A stretch of DNA of 64,000 bases, taken from assembly GCA_041576165.1 (NCBI GenBank), contig JBFGLM010000007.1, positions 1 to 64,000 of the forward strand, read 5' to 3'. The notes beneath the pieces are model-generated. The model was not told where the DNA came from. It saw only the letters and a program-made list of their open reading frames with translations, and made no database searches. Numbering within the stretch: position 1 is the stretch's first letter; the number at the start of each line of letters is the position of its first letter. The position numbers were made by a program, and so were the translations under genes. Source of the stretch: Acidimicrobiia bacterium (GTDB taxonomy: Bacteria > Actinomycetota > Acidimicrobiia > Spongiisociales > Spongiisociaceae). Positions 9,478 through 18,675 of this stretch are shown piece after piece.

Positions 9478-9508
9478 AAAAAAGGAGAGCCCCGGTAGGG
9501 GCCCTCCG
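9478..9508 (-). terminator. Rho-independent terminator after trxA
   Basis: Minus strand GGAGGGCCCC-TACC-GGGGCTCTCC-TTTTTT. Confidence 0.8.
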
Positions 9509-9528
9509 TGTCAGCGATCAACGGCTGA

Positions 9529-9852
9529 TCAGATGAACTCAGCCAGCTCCGACAGCATGGCGGCTTTGGGCCGGGCACCCACTATCCGCTTCTTCTCCTG
9601 ACCGTTCTGGAAGACGACCATGGTCGGGATGCTCATGACGTCGAACGATGCAGGAGTCTGGGGGTTTTCGTCGATGTTGAGCTTTGCGACCGTGATGCTG
9701 TCCCCGTGCTCCTCGGCTATTTCCTCGAGCACCGGTGCGATCATCTTGCATGGTCCGCACCACTCTGCCCAGAAGTCGACCAGGACCGGATCATCTCCGC
9801 TGATCGCATCGGCAAAGTTGTCGTCTGTGAGTTGTGTCAGGCCTTCAGCCAT
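9529..9852 (-). CDS. trxA: Thioredoxin
   Basis: WAEWCGPCK, SIPT. Confidence 0.97.
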   Translation of the reverse strand: MAEGLTQLTDDNFADAISGDDPVLVDFWAEWCGPCKMIAPVLEEIAEEHGDSITVAKLNIDENPQTPASFDVMSIPTMVVFQNGQEKKRIVGARPKAAMLSELAEFI

Positions 9853-10052
9853 CGGTGCCTCTCTCTGCTTGCTTTCTTTCCTGTCGGTTCACTTACCCAA
9901 ATCTGCGTGGCCCGAACCGCGGCGCCGACCGATCCCGGAGCAGGCCCGATAGTGGCCGACCGACTGCCGGTGACCGGTCTGGTCCGGCCACTCGCTACTG
10001 GCAGGCCGGGCCGAGGCGGCGCTGCTCGACCCAGCGATTTCTCCTATAGGGC

Positions 10053-10078
10053 AACGCATCGGGCGGCTGTAATCTTCC
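10053..10078 (-). promoter_or_regulatory. SigR/SigH-type ECF promoter upstream of trxA
   Basis: GGAAG-N18-GTT on minus strand, close to actinobacterial GGAAY-N18-GTT. Confidence 0.65.
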
Positions 10079-10118
10079 CACGCCGAGTGTCGCTAGCCGG
10101 TATTGGCCCCCGGGTAGC

Positions 10119-11048
10119 TCAGACGCCGTCTTCGTTGGCTTCGAGCCAACGTTCTGCGTCGATCGCAGCCGCACATCCGGTACCGGCGGCCGTCACCGCT
10201 TGACGATACACCTTGTCTGCGACATCGCCTGCCGCAAAGACACCTTCCACCGACGTCCCCGTGCTCCGATCCGGCAAGATGATGTAGCCGGCGTCGTCGA
10301 GTTCCAACTGGCCTTTGAAAAGCTCGGTGGTGGGGGTATGGCCGATCGCCACGAAAACGCCGTCCGCCGAGAATTCGGTTGTCTCCGCCGTATGGGTGTC
10401 CTTGAGCGTGACCCCGGTGACCTCGTCCTGGCCGTGGATCTCCTCGACCACCGAATTCCAGATCACCTCGATCTTCGGGTTGCTCAGGGCTCGCTGGGCC
10501 ATGATCTTCGAGGCTCGGAACTCGTCCCGGCGGTGAACGATCGTGACCTTTGACGCGAACTTGGTGAGAAAGATTGCTTCCTCCATTGCGCTGTCGCCGC
10601 CTCCGACCACCACGAGTTCCTTGTCCCGGAAGAAGAAGCCGTCACAGGTTGCGCAGGCTGAGACACCGCGTCCGGTCAGCCGTTCTTCGCCGGGTACGCC
10701 CAGCCATTTGGCCACGGCCCCGGTGGCGATGATCACCGTCTGGGTGCTGTGCTCATCGGCGTCGACGTAGACCCTGAAGGGCCGGGAAGAGAAATCGACC
10801 GCCGTCACATCGGTTCGCACCAGGCGGGCGCCAAACCGCTCGGCTTGCTTGCGGAACTGTTCCATGAGTTCCGGACCCATGATGCCGTCGGGGAAACCGG
10901 GGTAGTTCTCGACGTCAGTCGTGATCATCAGCTGACCGCCGGCCTGGCTGCCTTCGAAAACGAGCGGGCTGAGGTTGGCCCGCGCCGCATACAGCGCGGC
11001 AGTCAGACCGGCCGGGCCGGACCCGATGATGATGACGTTCTCAGGCAT
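10119..11048 (-). CDS. trxB: Thioredoxin-disulfide reductase
   Basis: [39 protein letters not shown]. Confidence 0.98.
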   Translation of the reverse strand: MPENVIIIGSGPAGLTAALYAARANLSPLVFEGSQAGGQLMITTDVENYPGFPDGIMGPELMEQFRKQAERFGARLVRTDVTAVDFSSRPFRVYVDADEHSTQTVIIATGAVAKWLGVPGEERLTGRGVSACATCDGFFFRDKELVVVGGGDSAMEEAIFLTKFASKVTIVHRRDEFRASKIMAQRALSNPKIEVIWNSVVEEIHGQDEVTGVTLKDTHTAETTEFSADGVFVAIGHTPTTELFKGQLELDDAGYIILPDRSTGTSVEGVFAAGDVADKVYRQAVTAAGTGCAAAIDAERWLEANEDGV

Positions 11049-11337
11049 TCGCCTCTCCCGGTATGTTCTTTGCGTTTCGCATCCTCCATACCAACGCGCC
11101 GATCACCACGAATAGTCCGCCGAACGCGGCATAGGCGCCGGTCACGCCGATCGCGATCGCGAGCAGGCGGAACAAGCCAATCAGAATGAAGACAAGAGCC
11201 ACCAGCCCGAGCACCGTTGCGCCGAGCCCGATGCCGACGAGGGTGATGATCCGGGAGAGCCGGTCGACCGTCATCGACCGCACACGCTGCGCAACACTCT
11301 CGAGAAGGTCGGCGAAACGGACTGCAAAGTTCTCCAT
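11041..11337 (-). CDS. Small membrane protein (2 TM), overlapping trxB start
   Basis: Hydrophobic helices; overlap with trxB; TAACCT -10-like hexamer upstream. Confidence 0.75.
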   Translation of the reverse strand: MENFAVRFADLLESVAQRVRSMTVDRLSRIITLVGIGLGATVLGLVALVFILIGLFRLLAIAIGVTGAYAAFGGLFVVIGALVWRMRNAKNIPGEANA

Positions 11338-11469
11338 GGGGCCCGGAGGTTAGCGGGCCCGCGACCGACCGCTGCCGGTAGTCACGGTGAAGTCCGACGG
11401 AGCGGACGTAGGCCAGGACGCCTCCGGTGGGCGTCTGTCCTGGTCCGGCCCCCCGGCCGGGGAGGAACG

Positions 11470-12414
11470 TCATCGGGTACGGGTCTCTACGACCTCACAT
11501 CCTTCGCGGAGCACGACAACGATGAACGCACCGTCGGGATTCACCAACTCGTAGAACTCGGCCGGCTCTGCCGCTCGGGTATCGCCCGGTTCCTGGTCCC
11601 ATGTGCCGAACCCCGCGGCGGCGAGCGCTTCGGTGTCCGGAGCTTCGGCCAGCGCTGTGTCCACCGCTACGGCGGCGCACTGCGCCCCGACTTGTGCGGC
11701 CCATTCTTCGACCAATTCGAGTGGCAACGGCTCGCTGGGGGACTGCTCTCGGTACGCCAGCAACGCCTCCTCGAGGCGGCCCGTCAGAGGATTGAGGTCG
11801 CCGACCACATTGAACGGCGGCGTCGAAAGACCCGTGAACCCGGGCGCCTCCGCCGCCTCTTCCGCACCGGTGGCATCGGCCATGTCCTGGGCGGCTGCTG
11901 CCATCGTCGTCTCAACCGGCTCTGCCGCCTCGGCGGCCGCTTCGGCCGGTGCCTCGGCTTCGGGCGCACGAAGATTTCCGGCCAGGTCCGAGACCGGGCC
12001 GGTGGTTTCCGACGCGGCGCCGTCGTCCGCTGCAAACGTGTCGGCGCCGTCGTCACCGCCGCCCCCGATGTTGAGGCCGATTCCAACCACCAGAACGAGC
12101 GCGGCGGCTCCCGCCAGTACCGGGAACAACCGTGTGTACCACGGCGCCGAAGCAGGACGTGGCTGGGGCTGAGCCGGGGCCGTGAGGTAGATCGCATCCC
12201 GTACCGAGGCGCGCAGCAGACTCCGCTCGCCGGCGCTCAGCTGGGGTTCGGGAATCGACTGCAGCGACTCGATCGCCATCCGCTGGATCGCGAGCTCCTC
12301 GCGAGCCTCGTCATCGAGAGCTGCTTCCGCCGTAGCCGCCTCCTCTGCGGGCAGCGTGCCTTCGGCGAGCGCCAATATCAGTTCATGATCCAGTTCGTGG
12401 TCAGCCATGCTCAT
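11470..12414 (-). CDS. Putative membrane anti-sigma factor (RsmA-like)
   Basis: Anti-sigma-like N-terminus (LILALAEGTLPAEEA), one TM, Ala/acidic extracellular region; overlaps sigma gene. Confidence 0.75.
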   Translation of the reverse strand: MSMADHELDHELILALAEGTLPAEEAATAEAALDDEAREELAIQRMAIESLQSIPEPQLSAGERSLLRASVRDAIYLTAPAQPQPRPASAPWYTRLFPVLAGAAALVLVVGIGLNIGGGGDDGADTFAADDGAASETTGPVSDLAGNLRAPEAEAPAEAAAEAAEPVETTMAAAAQDMADATGAEEAAEAPGFTGLSTPPFNVVGDLNPLTGRLEEALLAYREQSPSEPLPLELVEEWAAQVGAQCAAVAVDTALAEAPDTEALAAAGFGTWDQEPGDTRAAEPAEFYELVNPDGAFIVVVLREGCEVVETRTR

Positions 12415-12970
12415 CCGTTTGATGTCGGGGAGGGCCGTGAAAGTTCCCGAGGGCGCTGGCGAGCAGCTTTCTCCCTCGAAAAACTCGCGACTTCACCGTT
12501 CCAACCGGCACGCCAATGATGTCGGCCACGTCGCTCAATGCGAGCCCCTCCAGGTCGCTGAGAATGACGGCAGCCTTGAATTCTTCCGGTAGGGCGGCCA
12601 GCGCCCGGGCCACGTCTGGTCGTAGCTCAGCGGCTGCGAGCTGATCCCCCGCGTACACATCCTCGGGCTCAACGTGATCCGGGAGCGCCTCGGCCCGTTT
12701 TCGTTTCGCCTTGCGGGCGAGGTCGTAGCACGTGTTGATCGTGACGCGATAGATCCAGGTGCTGAAAGCCGACTTCCCCTCGAACTGGGCCACTTTGCGA
12801 AACACTGTGATGAAGGTCTCCTGCGTTGCTTCCAGTGCCATTTCGCGGTCGCCCAGCGTCCGCAGGCAGATCGCGAAAACCCGATCCTCGTGGGCGCGCA
12901 TCAGCTCGTCGAAGGCAGCTACGTCGCCTGCGAGGTATCGATCGATGAGAGTCTGGTCAGCAATGCTGAT
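12401..12970 (-). CDS. sigM: ECF sigma factor SigM-like (probable non-canonical start)
   Basis: Region 2 (ATQETFI..FSTWIYRVTINTCYD), region 4 (VPVGTVKSRVFRGR); in-frame ADQTLIDRYLAGDVAAFDEL upstream of ATG 12901; synteny with trxBA. Confidence 0.85.
   Translation of the reverse strand: MSIADQTLIDRYLAGDVAAFDELMRAHEDRVFAICLRTLGDREMALEATQETFITVFRKVAQFEGKSAFSTWIYRVTINTCYDLARKAKRKRAEALPDHVEPEDVYAGDQLAAAELRPDVARALAALPEEFKAAVILSDLEGLALSDVADIIGVPVGTVKSRVFRGRKLLASALGNFHGPPRHQTDEHG
12421..12447 (-). promoter_or_regulatory. Putative SigM-type promoter inside the 3' end of sigM
   Basis: GGAAC-N18-CATC ending 6 nt before the anti-sigma ATG (12414). Confidence 0.5.
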
Positions 12971-12985
12971 CAGTGGACCTCCGGC

Positions 12986-14302
12986 TCAAGGCAGAAAGCG
13001 TACCTCCGTCATCGCGGAGTAATAGCCTTCGTCTTGGGGTGGCAGGCTGGTGAGCCAAACTAGCCAGACACCGCCGCTGCGGTTCGGCAGTTGGACTTGT
13101 TGGACCGTCGCGATCGCGGTGCCGGAAGCGACCTGTTGCCAGCCGTCGACGGTCGCGGGTACCTCCTCTGCCCAGCGTACTGCAAAAAGCGTACCGTCCG
13201 ACATACCCGTGATTTCGATCCGGCTGGGCGTGCCGCGTACCTCGAACGCCACCCCCACCCCGGCTTTGAGCAGCGGCAAAGGGTCGAAATAACGTTCGGT
13301 CCGCCAGGTGGTGTCTCGGTCATCGTCGGTCAGATGGCCCACGTCGGCATCACGTTCGGTGCCGTCCCCAAGCGGGTCGTAGGTGAAGGCGGTGACGACG
13401 TCTACGCCGGCGGCGGGGGCCGGAGATTGCGCAGACTCGGTGGTCGTGGTGGCCGCTTCTGTTGTGGTGACGAACGGCACGGTGGTGGACGGGCTCGGAG
13501 TTGCTGGGAACAACACCGGCGACTCCGGTCCGGCGTCGAGGAGGTTTCCCAGGACCGCGATGCCGACCGCCAGCACCGCCAGAATCGCCACCGGTGTGAG
13601 CCATCGCCACGACCAGGTACGGGTCGGCTCGGGGGGCGCCGAGTAGGGGACAGACCGCAGCCGGTCTGCCAGTTGGTGAGCGTCGATCTCGCCGCGCTGG
13701 GCCGAGCGCAGAACGCGGTCCATCTCCAGCGGCACTCCGTCCAGCATCTGCGACGGCGGCAAGACACCTGCCGGCTGGCCGGTCAACACGGTTTCGAGTG
13801 TTTCGCCCAGCGCCTGGACGTCGGCGGGTGCGGTCCACGTGCTGGCCCGCCGCCCGAAGGCGCCCAGCTTGGCGGGGTGCGCCTTTGCGTACGAGATCGC
13901 CGATGGGTCGATCGAGCCATGTACCACGTGGGCGTCGTGGAGCGCGGCTAGTCCGTCGGCCAGGCCGGCTGCATTTGAGAGGAACTCGGCGATGTCGGGC
14001 CGCTCATCCGCCTGCATTCGATCGGCCAGCGTCACGCCGCCTGCCCATTCCGTCACTGCGTAGGCGCCACCCTCGACGGCGTCTGCGGTATACACCGAGG
14101 CGATGTGGGTGTGAGCCACCCGGGCGGCCGCGCGGTGGTCGGCCAGGAATCGTTCCTGCCGTTTGGGCGAGGTCTCCGCACCGAGGAATCGGATCAGGAC
14201 GGGACGGTCCAGAGACAGGTCGGTCGAGAGCCACTCCTCGATGTCGCCGTCCCGGCCGAGGCGGATTTCCAGCCGGTATCTCTCTGGGAGGGGCGGGGGC
14301 AT
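12986..14302 (-). CDS. Membrane Ser/Thr pseudokinase with extracellular beta domain
   Basis: Kinase-fold remnants RYRLEIRLG, VLIR, HGSIDPSAI, AFG; TM; Thr-rich linker; YDPLGDG..DDDRDTTWRTERY domain. Confidence 0.8.
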   Translation of the reverse strand: MPPPLPERYRLEIRLGRDGDIEEWLSTDLSLDRPVLIRFLGAETSPKRQERFLADHRAAARVAHTHIASVYTADAVEGGAYAVTEWAGGVTLADRMQADERPDIAEFLSNAAGLADGLAALHDAHVVHGSIDPSAISYAKAHPAKLGAFGRRASTWTAPADVQALGETLETVLTGQPAGVLPPSQMLDGVPLEMDRVLRSAQRGEIDAHQLADRLRSVPYSAPPEPTRTWSWRWLTPVAILAVLAVGIAVLGNLLDAGPESPVLFPATPSPSTTVPFVTTTEAATTTTESAQSPAPAAGVDVVTAFTYDPLGDGTERDADVGHLTDDDRDTTWRTERYFDPLPLLKAGVGVAFEVRGTPSRIEITGMSDGTLFAVRWAEEVPATVDGWQQVASGTAIATVQQVQLPNRSGGVWLVWLTSLPPQDEGYYSAMTEVRFLP

Positions 14303-14307
14303 CCGTC

Positions 14308-15141
14308 CTAGGCAGTCCGGTACGCGACGCCGATGACCCCCGGCCCCGCGTGCGTGCCGACAACCGGTCCCAGTTCTGCTGTGAACATGCGGCTTTCATC
14401 CACCATCGGCCGCAGCTGGTCGACCAGACGATCTACTTCGGGTGATGACCCGTGTAACACGGCCAATTCGGCCACCTCCCCGAGCTGGGTCACATGGTCC
14501 ACGATTGCGGCCAAAGCCTTGCCCCGCGTCCGCGCCCGGCCGGCAGCGGCGACGACCCCGTCGGCGAAGGTGATGAGCGGCTTTACGTCGAGCAGACTGC
14601 CGAGGAAGGCCGCTGCGCTGCCGATCCGACCGCCCCGTCGGAGGAACTCGAGGGTGTCCAGTGCCGCAAAGAGGTTGGTATGGGTGCGACAGGCGGTTGC
14701 CGCTGCCTGTACCTGCGCCAGGTCCGCCCCTGCGGCTGCAGCCCGAGCCGCTTCCAGCGCTTGAAAACCCGCCGCCATCGATACCGCTTGGGAGTCGACG
14801 ACGGAGACCGGGATCACGTCGGCCACCTTTTCGGCCGCAATGACGGCGGACTGGTAGGTGCCGCTCAATTGTGACGACAGCGTGACTACGACAGCCCCCG
14901 CCGCGCCCGCCTCGGCGAGGTCGTGGAATGCGTCTCGGAATCGTCCGGCGGCCGGGGCCGCCGTCTCCGGCAGCTCATCGGACCCCGCCAGCCTCGGCCA
15001 GAACGCGGCCCGGTCGAGATTCTCGCCGTCGATGAGCTCCTCGTCCCCGAAGCGGATACTCAGCGGGACGACCGTAACCTGGTGGCGCTCGACGAGTTCG
15101 GCGGGGAGGTCGGCCGATGAGTCGGTGACAATCCGGATCAT
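14308..15141 (-). CDS. DegV/FakB fatty-acid-binding protein
   Basis: IVTDSSADLP, SSQLSGTYQSA, LRRGGRIG, GTHAGPG. Confidence 0.95.
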   Translation of the reverse strand: MIRIVTDSSADLPAELVERHQVTVVPLSIRFGDEELIDGENLDRAAFWPRLAGSDELPETAAPAAGRFRDAFHDLAEAGAAGAVVVTLSSQLSGTYQSAVIAAEKVADVIPVSVVDSQAVSMAAGFQALEAARAAAAGADLAQVQAAATACRTHTNLFAALDTLEFLRRGGRIGSAAAFLGSLLDVKPLITFADGVVAAAGRARTRGKALAAIVDHVTQLGEVAELAVLHGSSPEVDRLVDQLRPMVDESRMFTAELGPVVGTHAGPGVIGVAYRTA

Positions 15142-15205
15142 GGGCGCAGATCGTAGGGCGGCGCAGTCGTGGTTCCAACCAGCCTGCTGCTGTGACCGAG
15201 TCGGC

Positions 15206-15916
15206 TCAATCCGCCCGGAGAACTTCCAGATCGGCGGTCATCTTGCTGAAGCCCTCGGCCTGGTAGAGCGTCGCCGAGGTGTCGTTGTCCGGCTGAGTGT
15301 TGAGCATCATCGTCAGGGCGCCGCGAGTGGCCGCCCAGCTCAGGGCTGTGCGCACCAGCGCGCGCCCCAACCCCAGCCCGCGCCGGGACGGATCGACGGC
15401 AAGACGTTGCAGGTAGCCAGTCGTGCCGCCGACTCCGACGATCGAGAACCCGGTGATGGTCGGCCCCTCATCCGTCACGAGCACCCCGGCCCGGGGCGTC
15501 GCCTCGAAGGCTTCACGAAGCCCAAGCGCATTCATCCTCCAGAGGTTGTCAAAGGAAGCCGCGTCGACTTCGGCCAGGCGCCGCCAGTCGGGATGGGAGA
15601 CCCATTTGACCCTGGCGCCGGGCTGTCCCGAGTTACCGGCCAGGACGCGGCGATAGAGATGCAGGGTCAGGTACGGCTGGAATCCGGCCCGCCGCCACAC
15701 CCGCTGACCGGATCCCAGCAGAGGGGGCGAAGTCACTCCCTCGGCGACAGACTCGACCAGGTGCTCCGTGCACGACTTCAGAAAGGCGGCGCTTCCTCGC
15801 ATGAGCCGCAGGCTGGCGTCGGGGACCTCGTCGTTCCACGGCCGGGCCACCGCTTTGTGCCACCCCTGACGCAACGTGATCCGATCAGGCCAATCGCCCG
15901 AGACGATCATCCGCAT
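15206..15916 (-). CDS. GNAT N-acetyltransferase
   Basis: LQRLAVDPSRRGLGLGRAL, NTQPDNDTSATLYQAEGF. Confidence 0.85.
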   Translation of the reverse strand: MRMIVSGDWPDRITLRQGWHKAVARPWNDEVPDASLRLMRGSAAFLKSCTEHLVESVAEGVTSPPLLGSGQRVWRRAGFQPYLTLHLYRRVLAGNSGQPGARVKWVSHPDWRRLAEVDAASFDNLWRMNALGLREAFEATPRAGVLVTDEGPTITGFSIVGVGGTTGYLQRLAVDPSRRGLGLGRALVRTALSWAATRGALTMMLNTQPDNDTSATLYQAEGFSKMTADLEVLRAD

Positions 15917-16323
15917 AGCGACCGAAGCGCCTCCCGCTGGTTGGGATACCCAAGGCGTGACAGCGCCTCTTCGACGGGAAGCAGCAGCACATGGTCGATC
16001 TCAGGGTCGTGAGTCGCCATGTCCCCGCTCAGGATCCGCATCCGAAAGAAACGCACCTGTTTGTTCACCGTGTCGCCCCGCTGCGAGACGAAGCTGTAGC
16101 GGGACACGTACGGCTGAATGCCCGGGACGGGGACACCCACGCAGCCGGTCTCTTCCTGCACCTCCCGCAGCGCCGCCTGCAGGTCGCTCTCGCCCGCTTC
16201 GATCCGACCTTTCGGGAGCGCAACGACGGGTTCAGCGGTCGGTGAGGCGGTCACGACCAGCGCGACCAATCCCTCGTCGGTGATTGCCACCCCGCCGGCA
16301 GAGTATTCATGGACCAGGGCCAT
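15907..16323 (-). CDS. NUDIX hydrolase (MutT4/Ap4A-hydrolase-like)
   Basis: Nudix box GRIEAGESDLQAALREVQEETG; SAGGV. Confidence 0.92.
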   Translation of the reverse strand: MALVHEYSAGGVAITDEGLVALVVTASPTAEPVVALPKGRIEAGESDLQAALREVQEETGCVGVPVPGIQPYVSRYSFVSQRGDTVNKQVRFFRMRILSGDMATHDPEIDHVLLLPVEEALSRLGYPNQREALRSLCG

Positions 16324-16412
16324 CGAGGCGATGGTAGGGGCGCACCGGACGCAGTCGTGCCGAGCCTGGTCGCAGTTTCGGACCGCCCGGCAGCGTGCCA
16401 GAGTGGCGTCCT

Positions 16413-17420
16413 GTGGACATTCTCCTCGTCACCCACGCCAGCTTTGAGCGACATGACCCCGGGCAGTGGCATCCCGAGCGTCCGGCGCGCCTGGCCGCGG
16501 CCATACGAGGTGTGCACGGAGCCGGGCTGCCCGTTGAGGAGATGGCGGCGCCCCGGGTGGACCGATCGCTGTTGGAGCGATGTCACGACCCGGCCTATGT
16601 GCGGGCTATCGAGCGATTCTGCGCCGCGGGCGGGGGGGCCCTCGATCCGGACACCCACGCGATACCGGAGTCCTGGGAGGCCGCGCTCCGGGCGGCTGGA
16701 GCGGGTCCGGCCGCCATCGACCGGCTCGCCGGGGCCGATTCGACTACTGCATTCCTCGCGGTTCGTCCCCCCGGGCACCATGCCCTTCACGGCCGGGCGA
16801 TGGGTTTCTGCCTGTTCAACAACATCGGTGTGGCCGCCCGCTATCTGGTCGAGGCGGGGCAGCGGGTGGCGATCCTCGATTGGGACGTCCACCACGGCAA
16901 CGGAACCGAAGACAGCTTCGAGGACGAGCCGGACGTGCTCTACGTTTCGCTTCACCAGCATCCGTTCTATCCGGGAACCGGCTGGCTTTCGAGTGTGGGT
17001 ACCGGTACGAGCGCCGGCACCACCGTCAATGTGCCGCTGCCGGCCGGCGCCGCGGGAGACGTGTATCGCGAAGCCGTGCGGGGGATGGTCGTACCCATCA
17101 TCCGGCAATTCGCCCCGGATTGGATTTTGGTGAGCGCCGGCTATGACGCACACGCCGCCGACCCGCTGGCGGAGATCGAGTTGTTCGAGAGCGACTATGC
17201 CTGGATGGCGGCCGCCGTCCACTCGCTCGTGCCCCGGGTGGTGTACTTCCTGGAGGGCGGATACGACCTCGATGCGATCTCCGGGTCGGTCATGGCGACG
17301 TTGCGGGCCGCGGCCGGGATAGCCGTGGACGACGAGCCATCCCGGCCTGTATCCCCGGGTCCGGCGTGGCGGGCGCTCGACGACGCGCGGACCACCGCCG
17401 CAAGATTCTGGGATCTGTGA
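16413..17420 (+). CDS. Zn-dependent histone-deacetylase family protein (acetyl-lysine or acetylpolyamine deacetylase)
   Basis: HPERPARL, RPPGHHA, GFCLFNN, DWDVHHGNGT, SAGYDAH, LEGGY; start GTG 16413 or 16395. Confidence 0.93.
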   Translation: MDILLVTHASFERHDPGQWHPERPARLAAAIRGVHGAGLPVEEMAAPRVDRSLLERCHDPAYVRAIERFCAAGGGALDPDTHAIPESWEAALRAAGAGPAAIDRLAGADSTTAFLAVRPPGHHALHGRAMGFCLFNNIGVAARYLVEAGQRVAILDWDVHHGNGTEDSFEDEPDVLYVSLHQHPFYPGTGWLSSVGTGTSAGTTVNVPLPAGAAGDVYREAVRGMVVPIIRQFAPDWILVSAGYDAHAADPLAEIELFESDYAWMAAAVHSLVPRVVYFLEGGYDLDAISGSVMATLRAAAGIAVDDEPSRPVSPGPAWRALDDARTTAARFWDL

Positions 17421-17488
17421 CTCAACTACACCACACAAAGTGCCGTTATTTCTCCTGAATCTCACGCAAAGTGAAATAGGGAGACGCA

Positions 17489-18568
17489 ATGGCGGCGCCA
17501 CTCGACGAGCTGTTACGCAAGATGAACGAGGTCGACTCATCCGACCTGCACTTGAAAGTGGGGTCGCCGCCGGTTCTGCGGATCAACGGCGAGCTCCACC
17601 CCACCAACCTGTCCGTCCTGACCCCCCAGGACACCGAGGCGTACGCCGAGGGCATCTTCACTCAGCGGGGCGCCAAGGAGTTCCGCGACCTGGGTGAAGC
17701 CGATTTCGCCTACGGCAAGCCGGAGCTGGGTCGATTCCGGGTCAACGTCTTCCGCCAGCGCGGTTCCGTCAGCCTGGTGATGCGGCGGGTCCAAACCGTC
17801 ATGCAGAGCTTCGAGGACCTGGGGTTGCCCTCGGTGCTCGAGAAACTGGCGATGGAGCCCCGAGGGCTGGTGCTGGTCACAGGGCCGACTGGTTCCGGTA
17901 AGACAACGACGCTCGCCGCCATGATCGACTACATGAATGAAAGCCGGTCGTCGAACATCATCACCATCGAGGACCCGATCGAGGTGTTGCACAGCGACAA
18001 GAAATCGATCGTGTCCCAGCGCGAGATCGGTATGGACACCCGCAGTTTTGCTGAGGCGCTCAAGCGGGTCCTGCGCCAGGATCCGGACGTGATTCTGATC
18101 GGTGAGATGCGCGACGGTGAGACCGTCCAAGCCGCCCTGCAAGCGGCCGAGACGGGCCACCTCGTGCTATCCACGTTGCACACCATCGACTCAACAGAGA
18201 CGATCAACCGGATCATTGACTTCTTCCCGCCGTACCAACAGAAGCAAACGCGTTTGCTGCTGGCGGGCGCATTGCGGGGCGTCGTGTCGCAACGCCTGCT
18301 CGAGTCCGCCACTGGGGGCCGGGTGCCGGCGATCGAGGTGATGACGATGAACGGCCGGGTGTTTGATCGGATCGTGGACGAAAAGCAGACCCACAGCCTC
18401 GAGGACGTCATCAAAGAGTCCGAGTTCTATGGCATGCAGACCTTCGATCAGGCCATCCTCAACCTCTTCAAACGCGGCAAGATCACGTTCCAGGCTGCTC
18501 TGGCCAATGCGTCGAACCCCCACGACCTACGGGTGAAGGCGGAACAGGCAGGACTCGTCGCCGCCTGA
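17489..18568 (+). CDS. Type IV pilus retraction ATPase, PilT/PilU family
   Basis: SDLHLKVG, GRFRVNVF, GPTGSGKTT, TIEDPIE, LIGEMRD, GHLVLSTLH, GMQTFDQ. Confidence 0.93.
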   Translation: MAAPLDELLRKMNEVDSSDLHLKVGSPPVLRINGELHPTNLSVLTPQDTEAYAEGIFTQRGAKEFRDLGEADFAYGKPELGRFRVNVFRQRGSVSLVMRRVQTVMQSFEDLGLPSVLEKLAMEPRGLVLVTGPTGSGKTTTLAAMIDYMNESRSSNIITIEDPIEVLHSDKKSIVSQREIGMDTRSFAEALKRVLRQDPDVILIGEMRDGETVQAALQAAETGHLVLSTLHTIDSTETINRIIDFFPPYQQKQTRLLLAGALRGVVSQRLLESATGGRVPAIEVMTMNGRVFDRIVDEKQTHSLEDVIKESEFYGMQTFDQAILNLFKRGKITFQAALANASNPHDLRVKAEQAGLVAA

Positions 18569-18675
18569 GCTGCGGCGCGTCTTCGGTTCGGCGGCGCACC
18601 GGCAGTATCCGCAGCCGCGGCCTGGCCGTTGTGGTCGCCGTCGGGCAGCGGGGACCAGGCCGTATCCTGTCGGCG

